Shown in pieces: positions 26,477 through 36,093 of a DNA stretch of 64,000 nt (the first letter of the stretch is position 1; every line of letters starts with the position of its first letter). The stretch comes from an uncultured Latescibacterota bacterium (GTDB lineage: Bacteria > Latescibacterota > UBA2968): the NCBI GenBank assembly GCA_951812755.1, contig OX638329.1:293339-357338 (forward strand). The letters run 5' to 3'. The notes beneath the pieces were generated by a model. That model did not search any database. It was not told the DNA's origin and worked only from the letters and a program-made list of their open reading frames with translations. The translations under genes and the position numbers were made by a program.

Positions 26477-27413
26477 GAAAAACGCTCAAATTATTCGCGT
26501 TTTTTTCTACGCCATCTGCGGATCCAATCAGCGGCAACAACGTCTCAGCCGTTTTCTTCACCAGAAAAGTGTAAAACTCCTCACTCAACAAACTGCTCCC
26601 GTGATCCTGAATAAACTTGAGTTCCTCCGGTGTAATATCAACGGGATTGGTCTCAACCGCATTGGGATATTCATTCGCAGGCGTCCGATCAATCGGCGCG
26701 ACAAATTCCACCGTCAGCGCGTCATCATAACCCACCTCTTTGAGTGTCGCGACCAATTTTGCCCAATCCCAATTCCCCAGCCCACACGCCATGCGATTAT
26801 TATCCGCCACATGAAAATCCACGAGCCTGTCCCCAGCGTCTCGGATAGCTTGATACGGGTCCGCCTCTTCAATATTGATATGAAAAGCATCTAAACACAC
26901 ACCGCAATTCGCACCCGTCGCCTCTGCCAGGGCAAGAGCCTGAGCACCTCGGGTAATAAAATACGTCTCAAACCGATTGATGGGTTCAATGGCGAGGCGA
27001 ACCCCCTCTCTCTCGGAATGATCGTAAACCTCCTGCATGCCCGCCACAGCCCATTGCCATTCCTCATCTGGCGTGGCATCCGGTTCGATTTTTCCCACAG
27101 TAGCTGGCACCACAGTCAGCTCACACCCATTGAGTTCCTTAACCATCGTAACACAATCCTTGACGTATTGCACGGATTGTGCCCGAATCCCCGCGTCTTT
27201 TGCGAGCATATTGCGGTCGCCCATCATCAACGTCACCGCCCCCCAGCAGCGGATATTGTACTCATTGAGCAAAGCACGCACCTCTGACGTATCATACCGC
27301 TCGGGTTCACCGCTGAGCTCGATACTTTCGTACCCAAATTTTGCCAACCTCTCAAGCGTGACATCGAGGGATTCCGAGCGCATCCAATTGTGCATAGATA
27401 AATGCATCATCAA
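26469..27413 (-). CDS. Sugar phosphate isomerase/epimerase (xylose-isomerase-like TIM barrel) family protein
   Basis: Conserved E...D...H...E metal-site spacing (LAIEPINRFETYF, VCLDAFHINIEE). Confidence 0.65.
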   Translation of the reverse strand: MMMHLSMHNWMRSESLDVTLERLAKFGYESIELSGEPERYDTSEVRALLNEYNIRCWGAVTLMMGDRNMLAKDAGIRAQSVQYVKDCVTMVKELNGCELTVVPATVGKIEPDATPDEEWQWAVAGMQEVYDHSEREGVRLAIEPINRFETYFITRGAQALALAEATGANCGVCLDAFHINIEEADPYQAIRDAGDRLVDFHVADNNRMACGLGNWDWAKLVATLKEVGYDDALTVEFVAPIDRTPANEYPNAVETNPVDITPEELKFIQDHGSSLLSEEFYTFLVKKTAETLLPLIGSADGVEKNANNLSVFRR

Positions 27414-28228
27414 CCTCCCTGAACAATAACATCCGGCGTATTTTCAACGCGCCCCCACCAGAGTGCCATATCAAAAGTGGGATCTCCAGTGAGAAAACGC
27501 CAGAACTTGATGCGATTCATAAGTTCAATGCGGTGGCGTTGCCCATGCCAGGGAATCTTCTGATTGAGTTTCTGAATAACCTCGGGACTATCGAGATCGT
27601 CGGTATTCCACAGGCGCTGTTGGCGAACCGTGGGATTGAGACGGAGCTTAAACATATACCGATCTCTATCCGTAAAATTGCTCCGCGCCGAATGCCATAT
27701 ATTGGTGTGCCAGAAAAACATCGTCCCCGCATCGCAAATCGCCTGCACCTGCCCTATGATATTTTGATAGCGTTTGATCTCGGCTTCGTGAACCCGGCGA
27801 AATTGCGTGCCCGGCACAAAAAGCGTACCCCCGCTTTCCAGCGGCGTATCTTCTGGAAAAAAGGAAATTTGAATATCGAAATGCAAATCGCGAATATCGT
27901 ATTCGGCATCTTGATGCAAATTGGCACCCTTGCGCGTATTTGCCGGCGTGAGATGCGCCGCGTGATGATCGTATCGCGGATTGGGACCCACCAGACTGTG
28001 AATAATCGCTGCTACTTTGGGCAGACGAAAAACCTTGCCAATGGCTTCATCGGGCCAGGACTCACTAAAAGGTGAGCCCATCGGAGCGCGGCGTCTAATC
28101 TTGCCCGTACTCATCTCTTCATGAGCGGCTTCGCAGAGTTCCCGCGGCACCAGATTGTCAAAACGCAGAAAACCCGTGCTCGCGAACTGCGCCATTTCTA
28201 CAGACGTAAGCAAAAGATTCTTATCCAT
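27410..28228 (-). CDS. Phytanoyl-CoA dioxygenase (PhyH) family Fe(II)/2-oxoglutarate oxygenase
   Basis: HQDAEYD (HxD) and a distal His (WHTNIWHS). About 270 aa. Confidence 0.55.
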   Translation of the reverse strand: MDKNLLLTSVEMAQFASTGFLRFDNLVPRELCEAAHEEMSTGKIRRRAPMGSPFSESWPDEAIGKVFRLPKVAAIIHSLVGPNPRYDHHAAHLTPANTRKGANLHQDAEYDIRDLHFDIQISFFPEDTPLESGGTLFVPGTQFRRVHEAEIKRYQNIIGQVQAICDAGTMFFWHTNIWHSARSNFTDRDRYMFKLRLNPTVRQQRLWNTDDLDSPEVIQKLNQKIPWHGQRHRIELMNRIKFWRFLTGDPTFDMALWWGRVENTPDVIVQGG

Positions 28229-28511
28229 CTATAACCTCCATTTTTTCCAGAACAAATTCAAAATCGAGATAATCGTTTTCGTATTCGCGCCCGACTTGCG
28301 GTGCTTTGATAAAAGGCACCTGAATAACGCGCCAACCATCGCGCATGGCATCCAGCACAGAGTTGTAAGGCGGCTCGGCATCTTCACCTGCAGCCTCAAA
28401 CATCTCATCAGTCGTCCCATCGTAATACGACCAACCAACAACTTCGCTCTCCAAACTGGAATTGCCCAGATAGAGAAAGAGTAGCTTTTGTCTCAGTTGT
28501 GTTTCAGGCAT
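28221..28511 (-). CDS. Hypothetical small protein
   Basis: Open ORF overlapping its neighbour by 8 nt. No family recognised. Confidence 0.3.
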   Translation of the reverse strand: MPETQLRQKLLFLYLGNSSLESEVVGWSYYDGTTDEMFEAAGEDAEPPYNSVLDAMRDGWRVIQVPFIKAPQVGREYENDYLDFEFVLEKMEVIDG

Positions 28512-28571
28512 TCGCGGATTCCTTATAAGAATTATGCACATCTCTCATTCCGGTACCAATTAAGGGCGTTA

Positions 28572-28799
28572 TCAAACGAGGTTTTCGGTTGGGATCGTTC
28601 TTAAAAGATTCCCCATCACTTCTTTTGCGTTAAAGATATCGATCAGATAAACCTGATTATCTTTAAATTCAACTGTAAAACCATCACCTTCGATCACCTG
28701 GTCAGGTATGCCTCGCATATCCCGCCGAAAAAAGAGAATATTTCCGGTTTGAGGATCGATCTTCTTGTCAAAAAGTTCGGGCTTAAAGTTTAAATCCAT
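28572..28799 (-). CDS. DUF2283 family protein (putative antitoxin)
   Basis: 75 aa with a ..FTVEFKDNQVYLIDIFNAKEV.. core, as in DUF2283 (YD.e.D.lyi.l........Gi.vlnA). Confidence 0.5.
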   Translation of the reverse strand: MDLNFKPELFDKKIDPQTGNILFFRRDMRGIPDQVIEGDGFTVEFKDNQVYLIDIFNAKEVMGNLLRTIPTENLV

Positions 28800-29035
28800 C
28801 GTTTTGCCTTTCGTCGATTATCAATAGTTCTTTGATCCGTTCGATAAATTGTGATAAAATTTTTGGTGTCAGGATCAATGACAAGAACGAATAGTATGCC
28901 TGTGATGCGAACAATTTTGATATCAGTGTTTTGCCTCTTGTCGCAGAACGTATGTATCGCGCTACTTTTTTCTACAACATCCGAATCAATTTCATAAAGC
29001 TCGAGTTTATCAAGGGCGTGTTGGGTAAAATTCAT
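28790..29035 (-). CDS. DUF4258 family protein (putative toxin of the DUF4258/DUF2283 pair)
   Basis: MNFTQHALDKLELYEID..V....KIVRITGILFVLVIDPDTKNFITIY matches the DUF4258 pattern (..HA..rm.eR.I......ITvY). It overlaps the downstream partner by 10 nt. Confidence 0.5.
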   Translation of the reverse strand: MNFTQHALDKLELYEIDSDVVEKSSAIHTFCDKRQNTDIKIVRITGILFVLVIDPDTKNFITIYRTDQRTIDNRRKAKRWI

Positions 29036-29089
29036 ACCAAAATGTAGTAAAATTAAAGCCTAAAAACAGCGACTTTTTTATTTTCTATT

Positions 29090-29393
29090 TCATACATCAA
29101 ACACCAGCACATCATCGACAATTGGACGTATAAAAGTCTGGCTGAGAGCTTTGTGGTCTGGATGCGGCAAATAGAAATCTCGCGCGGCCTCATCCGTAAA
29201 CCGAATAATAAACCCCCAGTCATAGCCGTAATTCTTTCCCTCCGGGCTATTATTATACCCACCCGTAATCTCTTCCATACCCGGAATACTCCCCTTTTCT
29301 TTTAGCGCAAACAGACCATCGTGAAGTGCCTGAGTCTGTTCCCGCGTAACCCCATCTTTGAGCTTGAAAAGAACAATATGATCTATCATAAAA
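29090..29393 (-). CDS. Dabb (stress-responsive dimeric alpha/beta barrel) domain protein
   Basis: MIDHIVLFKLKDGVTREQ...GYDWGFIIRFTDEAARDFYLPHPDHKAL. The start is ATG at complement 29391-29393. The longer track ORF is an upstream extension. Confidence 0.65.
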
Positions 29394-31788
29394 AATCCTT
29401 TCCCGTTATTGCGCGTTCTCTGCATAAACTGTAAACACACCACAGAACAAACGCATAAGCCACAGCGGCAATATAAAAATTGGTAGAGATTCCAAATATA
29501 ATAGAAACAAACACAGCCAGCGCAGAACACAGCACACCCATAATCCCATTCAGTGCCCAGAACCACGGGGTTTCATCTTCATAAGAGGACTGAACCAGAC
29601 GCATACCCGTCGGAAAAAACAGCCCCATAAGCATCCCCACGGGAAAAATGACCAGAACAGACATCAGTATTTTTGTCGTTGTATCCTCAGCCATCATGTG
29701 AGACAGCAAATAGTGGAGAACCGTATTGAGAGCAACAACACCCACCGCCGTTATAATCGGAAAAACATAAACCCACGGCTTTCGAGTAAGCGGAAGATGA
29801 TCGCTTACAAAACTGCCCATACCCGTGCTTGCAATAAGTGTAAACAGCAATATACCCAGCGAATAGATGGGATGTCCAGTAAATACGTTGAGCCGTTGAA
29901 TCAGGGCAATCTCTACAAACATAAAAGCTGAGCCAATCAAAGAAAAATACAACGCACCAAACCAGAAACCGGGTGTTTGCATCAACGTTGTGGGTCTGTG
30001 CGCGAGCCACAAAGGCACGCCAATCGTCGCAACAGTGAGCACTCCGAGCACGAGCAAAAGTACGAGAAGTGTGGCGAGTGCTCTCAAATTCCCACTGAGA
30101 ACCCCCTCTTGACCTCGCAACGCGGTATCCAGATGATTCAGTTTCAACATATTAAAAAAATAGGGATTATCATCTGTCGGCGGGCTGTAGTCCAATTCAG
30201 CCTGAGCCACTGCCTCTGCGAGCTGATCTGTGGATTGAGCAGATAAAATCTGTCTCAAAATGGGTTCGGTGGGCAACCTGTTGGGCACATGAACAATCTG
30301 ATATTGCAACGCCTCGCACACCTGTCTCAACCGGTTAATATCCGCCTCACTCAGCGGCTGCCGGCAAATCAGCAAAGTCGAGACATTGCCAATTGTGATT
30401 AGTGCCATGTGGTCCGCCGGTTTTTTTACACTCAACCGCAAAAGCGATTCAACGCCCAGACTCAACACCCGACCGGTTTCCCCAATATGTTCGGCACTAT
30501 ACCACCGCGACACCGTGAAAATACCATCTTCTGACAGACGGCTGAGAAATGTCTGCCAGGCTTCAACAGTATAGAGCGCGTTTTCAGACAGCGAAAAAGC
30601 ACCTGCGCCCGTCGCTGCCCAGGTATCGATCAACGCCATCTGAATAACGGAAAATTGCTCGCGACTTTGCGACAAAAAACTGCGCGCATCATCAACCACA
30701 AACGTCACGTCGTCCCTATCGGCAAGCCCCGCAAATTCGCGAAACTCATTTTGGAGCAAATCGACAAATATCGGATTGACCTCAATACCCAAAACCGCAT
30801 CGTGACCAAAAAATAGCGCACTCTGGATATCTTTCCCCCCGCCCACACCAATAATACACGCTTTGCCCCGTCTATTGAGATAATATCCGATATTTGTAAT
30901 ATCATAACGCAAATGTTCAATATCTTTGGGCGAAGCAAAAGACCTGATAGCCGTGCCCGCTGCACCGTCAATCGTCATCCCGTGAAAAAAGACATTTTCT
31001 CCCCGTGCTACAGGACTACCACCCCAGAGTTGCGGGGGCAAATATTGCTGGCGATAAACAACAACGCGCGAAAAAGAATTCCACCGTTCTAAAATCTGTT
31101 CGCTAAGTCTTTGAAATTTCTCCTTCACAAACATTGGACGAACACCATACGGGGTCTGGGCATTGAGGATACCCAACACAAAAAACAGCAACGCGAGCGC
31201 GATATAACGGCGGACAGAGCGGGATTGTGCAAGACGGGCAAAACACGCACCTGCCAGCGCACCAATACCGCTACACCACAACATAAGACTCGGCGCATCA
31301 ACTATTTCGAGACCGCCCAGAACAATCAGACATCCAGCAGAAGCACCTGTCAAATCACTGGCATAAAGCCTGCCAATCGGTGCATTGAACCGCGTCAACA
31401 CAGTGGTAATAACAAGCCCCGCATAATAAAACGGCCAGGCACAGATCAGCGTTGCGACAAAAAGCACGATCAGACTCAGGATACTTCTGTAAAAGCCGAT
31501 GGGCAAAACGCACAAAAGAATCAAACTAACGGGAATAGACAGCGCAAACCCGACACAAGCCCGCGTGAGCGCTTCAACTTTGTTCTCATCGTCAAAGTGC
31601 TCTTTTTGTACATAGACCTGGATAGCCCCCGCCGTCATACCCAGCATGGCAATAGAAATCGAAAAAAATGCCAGATGGTACCAGGTAATAACACTCAGCA
31701 ACCGCACCAGAATAATCTGGATCGCCAGCGACGCCAAAGCGATCAAAAAAAGACCGGTATAAGTTGCGACTGATCGTTCGTCTTTCAT
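29386..31788 (-). CDS. Fused MFS / spermidine-synthase-like membrane protein (polytopic N- and C-terminal TM regions flanking a PABS-fold methyltransferase-like domain)
   Basis: GVGGGKDIQSALFFGHDAVLGIEVNPIFVDL (spermidine synthase fold) between long hydrophobic regions. Paralogous in architecture to 51133-53976. Confidence 0.65.
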   Translation of the reverse strand: MKDERSVATYTGLFLIALASLAIQIILVRLLSVITWYHLAFFSISIAMLGMTAGAIQVYVQKEHFDDENKVEALTRACVGFALSIPVSLILLCVLPIGFYRSILSLIVLFVATLICAWPFYYAGLVITTVLTRFNAPIGRLYASDLTGASAGCLIVLGGLEIVDAPSLMLWCSGIGALAGACFARLAQSRSVRRYIALALLFFVLGILNAQTPYGVRPMFVKEKFQRLSEQILERWNSFSRVVVYRQQYLPPQLWGGSPVARGENVFFHGMTIDGAAGTAIRSFASPKDIEHLRYDITNIGYYLNRRGKACIIGVGGGKDIQSALFFGHDAVLGIEVNPIFVDLLQNEFREFAGLADRDDVTFVVDDARSFLSQSREQFSVIQMALIDTWAATGAGAFSLSENALYTVEAWQTFLSRLSEDGIFTVSRWYSAEHIGETGRVLSLGVESLLRLSVKKPADHMALITIGNVSTLLICRQPLSEADINRLRQVCEALQYQIVHVPNRLPTEPILRQILSAQSTDQLAEAVAQAELDYSPPTDDNPYFFNMLKLNHLDTALRGQEGVLSGNLRALATLLVLLLVLGVLTVATIGVPLWLAHRPTTLMQTPGFWFGALYFSLIGSAFMFVEIALIQRLNVFTGHPIYSLGILLFTLIASTGMGSFVSDHLPLTRKPWVYVFPIITAVGVVALNTVLHYLLSHMMAEDTTTKILMSVLVIFPVGMLMGLFFPTGMRLVQSSYEDETPWFWALNGIMGVLCSALAVFVSIIFGISTNFYIAAVAYAFVLWCVYSLCRERAITGKDFL

Positions 31789-32105
31789 AGGTGATATCTA
31801 TACAATATAGGGGTGGTGTCTATCCGTCTATCCACCCCGAAGGTACACCGAATCGGCAAAATCATCAAGCCCAATACCCCCACCGCTCGTTGTCGGGTAT
31901 ATCAGGCAAAAAATTTGCGAATGTTTGTTAATGGTTTATATTAGTAAGTATCTACTTATCTTTATAGTACGGCTGGAAGAACAGGGGAACTTATGAATAA
32001 ATCTATTTGACTTTGAATTTTTTATTTTGCATTCTAAATAGCAAAGGTCGTGTCTCGGCAAAGACACGACCCTCAGAAAAGTATCTCTTTAGCAGGAGAG
32101 ATAAA

Positions 32106-32858
32106 ATGACAATAGGCAAGACAGTCACAGGAGTCAAGGGCGTTCTGTTGTTTATTACTGTCCTGACGACAAGCATTATTACGCCGTTTAATGAGTCTTC
32201 GGGCGGTGAATTTGCAGGCATGCGGCTTTATCTCGATACCGAGGTTGAAACGCCCCCTGTATTGAACAACACATTGACCATTCCCAAAAAGAGACCTGGC
32301 GATACGATACAATTTCAACTCTTTGCACCCACGACCGCAGACCAGCGAACATACGGCTATGAGATGGAACTTGCCCTGTCTGACGACAAGGCATTTTTCG
32401 ATCATATCGGGAACATATCGGGAAAGGGCTTTACTGGAACGTCACTGCGCCGAACACCCGGCCGTCCCCGTATAGCCGCACTGATTCTTTCTATCCCCAC
32501 AGTGCCAGAAAATGGCTATCTCGGTCAAATTAACTTGCAGGTCATCAAACCCCTCGAAGAAAAGACCACCCTTACTGTCAAAACCATTGTGATGGCTGGC
32601 CTCAGTGGTGAACTCGACTATTTAGATATATCTGAAGCCGCGATTTCTTTTACCGGTACTTTTAAACCGAGTGATTCCAATGGCGATTTCGATGGCGACC
32701 TCGACGTTGACTTTGCCGATTTTCTCGCCTTTGTTGGCGTCTTTGGATTGTCGGTATCAGACACCAATTTCGACGCGCGCATGGATATGGACGGCGATGG
32801 TATCATTAACTTTGTGGATTTTCTCGCCTTTATCGATACCTTTAGCAACAACCCATAG
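32106..32858 (+). CDS. Small secreted protein with tandem dockerin-like (EF-hand-type Ca-binding) repeats
   Basis: N-terminal hydrophobic segment. C-terminal DSNGDFDGDLDVDFADFLAFVGVFG and DMDGDGIINFVDFLAFIDTF. Confidence 0.6.
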   Translation: MTIGKTVTGVKGVLLFITVLTTSIITPFNESSGGEFAGMRLYLDTEVETPPVLNNTLTIPKKRPGDTIQFQLFAPTTADQRTYGYEMELALSDDKAFFDHIGNISGKGFTGTSLRRTPGRPRIAALILSIPTVPENGYLGQINLQVIKPLEEKTTLTVKTIVMAGLSGELDYLDISEAAISFTGTFKPSDSNGDFDGDLDVDFADFLAFVGVFGLSVSDTNFDARMDMDGDGIINFVDFLAFIDTFSNNP

Positions 32859-32993
32859 AGGAATACGCCGAAGCTGTTGACTATAAGAAGCTGTCTTAAA
32901 TATCAGGTACTGGATTTTAAAAAGCACGCTCCGTTTAGAGCGTGCTTTTTCATTCCCCCTTGACAGCCTCAATCCGCAGACCTATATACAGTT

Positions 32994-34940
32994 ATGGCTG
33001 AAGTCGCTCAAGAACACGAACAAAAAGACCCTACCGCACGCGCATTGACCTACAAGTCGATCATCCTGGGGCTAATACTTGTACTCGTAGCAGCACTCGG
33101 TGGATTTTATGCACGGCACATCTTGCACACAACGCGGCTGGCGCAAAATCACCTATCCCTCGCCGTGGTTTTTCCCTTTGCAATAACAGTTGTATTCTTG
33201 CGGCATTATCTCAAGCTCAATCGGGGCGAACTCCTGGTCATCTTTTCAATGGGCCTGATCGCCTCAACCCTGCCAACGTATTTCTTGAGCCGATTAATTG
33301 CCAGTTTTTGCGTACCGTATTATCTCGCCGACCCGACAAATCGATGGGGTGAGTTTACACACGATTACCTGCCATCCTGGGCCGTGATTGAACCAGGCCC
33401 GGCATTGACGTGGTTTTTTGAGGGCTTGCCGCGTGGCACACCTGTTCCGTGGGAAGTGTGGATCGGACCTCTGTTCTGGTGGTTGAGCCTGCTCGCGGCA
33501 CTCTGTGCGGTCTTGTTGTGTACAGCGGTAATCTTGCGCAAGCAATGGATCGAATACGAGCGATTGGACTACGCTCTCATGGAATTGCCCCTCGCAATGG
33601 TCGAAGGAGGCGATACACCCTCCCGCTTGCCACCATTTATGCGCTCGCCGCTCTTCTGGCTGGGCTTTTCATTTTCGATCTTCGGCATCTTGTGGAATAT
33701 CGTCTCCTATTTTAATCCCACGTTTCCCGTATTTCCATGGCGATTTGAATCCATTTCATTTGGACGAGATTTTCAGGCAATTCGCATGAACCTCTACTGG
33801 CCCATTGTGGGATTTGCTTACTTTATCAACTTAGACGTCTCGTTTAGCATCTGCTTCTTTTATATCCTCGCGGTCATCGAAGAGGGATTATTCAACCGAT
33901 TCGGCGTCATAATTTCAGAAGCAAATTTTGCTGGCACCTCCTTTGTGCCCGTGGGCTGGCAAATGATCGGCGTGTGGTTTACCGTAGTCGGCTGGGGGCT
34001 CTGGATTGCGCGGTCGCACCTGCGCGATGTATTTCGCAAAGCATTCAAAGGCGATGCAAAAATCGATGACTCAGACGAGTTGCTATCCTATCGAGGTGCA
34101 GTCTTCGGCTTGTTGGGCGGGCTGCTTTACATGGCCTGCTGGTTTTACGCTTCGGGCATGGCCTTGTGGGTCATCGCGGTATTTCTCGTCGTCATGATGG
34201 TCGTCTATATCGGTATTTCGCGCATCATCGCCGAAACCGGCGTCATCACCATCCGCGCCGTCATGGTACCGCAAACATTTATCATGTTCACATTTGGCAC
34301 CACGCGACTATCAGCACAAACCATGGTCGCACTCGGCATGTCTTATGGCTGGTGCGGCGACATGAAAACAACGCTCATGCCAGCATTGACCCACTCCGTC
34401 CGTCTATTTGACACCATTCAGCATCACAAACGGCAACTCGCGTGGGCCCTGTGTCTGGCAATGGGCGTGGGCATTGTCGCATCCTGTTTGTATATCATAT
34501 CCATGGGATACGAAGGCGGCGCGGGCAATTACGGATCGCAAATCTCCGGAGGCTTAGCGCGCGGACCCTGGGACTTTGTGGTAAAATACGCAAGAGACCC
34601 CGTCAATCCCGACTGGCGCAAAATGGCCTTCTTCACCAGCGGCATCGCCTTCGCTGCCCTCCTGTACTTCTTGCGCTACCGCTACACCTGGTGGCCCCTG
34701 CACCCACTGGGTCTGGCAACCGGGCCTGCGTATCCCGTAACCCATGTAATCTTCCCAATCTTTCTCGGCTGGTTGAGCAAACTCGCAATCTTGCGTTTTG
34801 GTGGCAGCAGAACCTATCGCAGTGCCCGCCCCTTCTTCCTCGGATTGATAATGGGATACTACGTGGGTGCGGGCATCTCGTTCTTTGTCGATATGATCTG
34901 GTTTTACGGGCAAGGTCACGGCGTCCCGTTTTCCGATTGA
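32994..34940 (+). CDS. Large polytopic membrane protein (about 14 TM) of an uncharacterised family. Paralog of 37996-39948.
   Basis: About 45-50% identical to the second copy across the full length (shared ELLVIFSMGL.AS.LP.YF, FEGLP, PWE.WI.P and RKQW.E.ERL blocks). Confidence 0.6.
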   Translation: MAEVAQEHEQKDPTARALTYKSIILGLILVLVAALGGFYARHILHTTRLAQNHLSLAVVFPFAITVVFLRHYLKLNRGELLVIFSMGLIASTLPTYFLSRLIASFCVPYYLADPTNRWGEFTHDYLPSWAVIEPGPALTWFFEGLPRGTPVPWEVWIGPLFWWLSLLAALCAVLLCTAVILRKQWIEYERLDYALMELPLAMVEGGDTPSRLPPFMRSPLFWLGFSFSIFGILWNIVSYFNPTFPVFPWRFESISFGRDFQAIRMNLYWPIVGFAYFINLDVSFSICFFYILAVIEEGLFNRFGVIISEANFAGTSFVPVGWQMIGVWFTVVGWGLWIARSHLRDVFRKAFKGDAKIDDSDELLSYRGAVFGLLGGLLYMACWFYASGMALWVIAVFLVVMMVVYIGISRIIAETGVITIRAVMVPQTFIMFTFGTTRLSAQTMVALGMSYGWCGDMKTTLMPALTHSVRLFDTIQHHKRQLAWALCLAMGVGIVASCLYIISMGYEGGAGNYGSQISGGLARGPWDFVVKYARDPVNPDWRKMAFFTSGIAFAALLYFLRYRYTWWPLHPLGLATGPAYPVTHVIFPIFLGWLSKLAILRFGGSRTYRSARPFFLGLIMGYYVGAGISFFVDMIWFYGQGHGVPFSD

Positions 34941-35002
34941 GCAATCAGCGGTCAGCAAAACTCTTTGCAGTGCAGAACAATGCTCGCCGGATATGTCGTG
35001 AG

Positions 35003-35272
35003 CTATGCGCTCAGCGTTAGCTCCTGAAGATATAAATTTCGCGCACTATCAGTGAGTGACACGGCATCGAGACCACCGGGACGGAGGGCAAATTTCGCAC
35101 GTTCGTCACCTGCTAAAATAAAAAATTCGGGATGGCTTTTGACGATTTGGGTTACCGTTTCAGAAGGAATTTGGAGAGCTCTTGCGATGCCCCCTGGCGT
35201 GCGCCAGTCACCTCTGGAGTGATAGATCACTTTGACAATATCCTTTATCGTTCCTCGTTCATTTTGATCCAT
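35003..35272 (-). CDS. Hypothetical small protein
   Basis: Open ORF. The start is probably the internal Met (MDQNERG...). Confidence 0.3.
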   Translation of the reverse strand: MDQNERGTIKDIVKVIYHSRGDWRTPGGIARALQIPSETVTQIVKSHPEFFILAGDERAKFALRPGGLDAVSLTDSARNLYLQELTLSA

Positions 35273-35732
35273 TTTCTCTCTCCTTTGATTGTGACCGCTG
35301 AACAATATCAGCTACGATATCAGCTACGATATCAGCTACGATATCAACTACAGTATCTCTAAATATATCACTTTCAACAAAATTTTCAATCTCTTCATTG
35401 CGTGCTATGCTTTCATCAACTTTATCCATTAAATTCAACGGATATTTCACCGTAATCCAGGCAACGAGGCCAACAACAGCTAAAAATAAAAAAGCCATAA
35501 CAAGAATCATGTAGAATTGCTGCATAGCGTCGAGTTGAGATTTAACGACTGTAATTCCAATGATTCCTTCAATGACCAGAAGTGCCAGAGCGAAAAATAT
35601 TAGGGGTGAAGTGACCTGTCCCAGAATGCCTTTATATTCTTTAATTGAATTGTTGTCGTCTGACACTTCTGCTTCCTTTGTTCTGAAGGTTGGTCGTATT
35701 TTGGACACACGCAACAGTCTGAACTCAAGCAA
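35259..35732 (-). CDS. Small membrane protein with an in-frame (DIVA)x3 repeat
   Basis: Two TM segments. The tandem 12-bp unit ATATCAGCTACG at 35305-35352 encodes DIVADIVADIVADIV. Confidence 0.45.
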   Translation of the reverse strand: MLEFRLLRVSKIRPTFRTKEAEVSDDNNSIKEYKGILGQVTSPLIFFALALLVIEGIIGITVVKSQLDAMQQFYMILVMAFLFLAVVGLVAWITVKYPLNLMDKVDESIARNEEIENFVESDIFRDTVVDIVADIVADIVADIVQRSQSKERENGSK

Positions 35733-35814
35733 ATATCAGGCCAACAATGCAATTATCACAAAATTGAGCGATAAAAAGAGGCTCGACAGAAACCCCGGCA
35801 TCTCATTATGCTTT

Positions 35815-35944
35815 CAATATGCTGTATTGCCGTCTTGTTTACAATTGTGGATCGTCTGTTGAAGCGGAGAGAGAAAGAAAAAGCGTTGGCAGCAAAAGTG
35901 TATATTTTGAGCGATGAATAAGTGGTATGGTGAAAGATATGTAC
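35815..35944 (+). repeat. Dispersed intergenic element, copy 2 (see 11258-11372), immediately followed by a partial REP-like element (35949-35965)
   Basis: Shared collinear blocks with copy 1. It lies about 150 bp upstream of the GT39 gene. Confidence 0.6.
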
Positions 35945-36093
35945 TTCTCATCATGCCGCGATGACAACTCAAACCCTCTGGATTAAGTCAAAAGTAAACA
36001 AAGCCCGTTGATCGATGGTGATCGACAGGCTTTCTTATTTTCCTCTCCTAATTTGGGTTGCATTCTAATGTCGCGGATTAGATATTACAAAAC

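Noticed and set aside
25899-26894. 331-aa plus-strand ORF with repeated HLPSPFICLRLSSAFAF
   Set aside because: Its repetitive peptide is just the translated 17-bp minisatellite. It runs antisense to two well-supported minus-strand genes.
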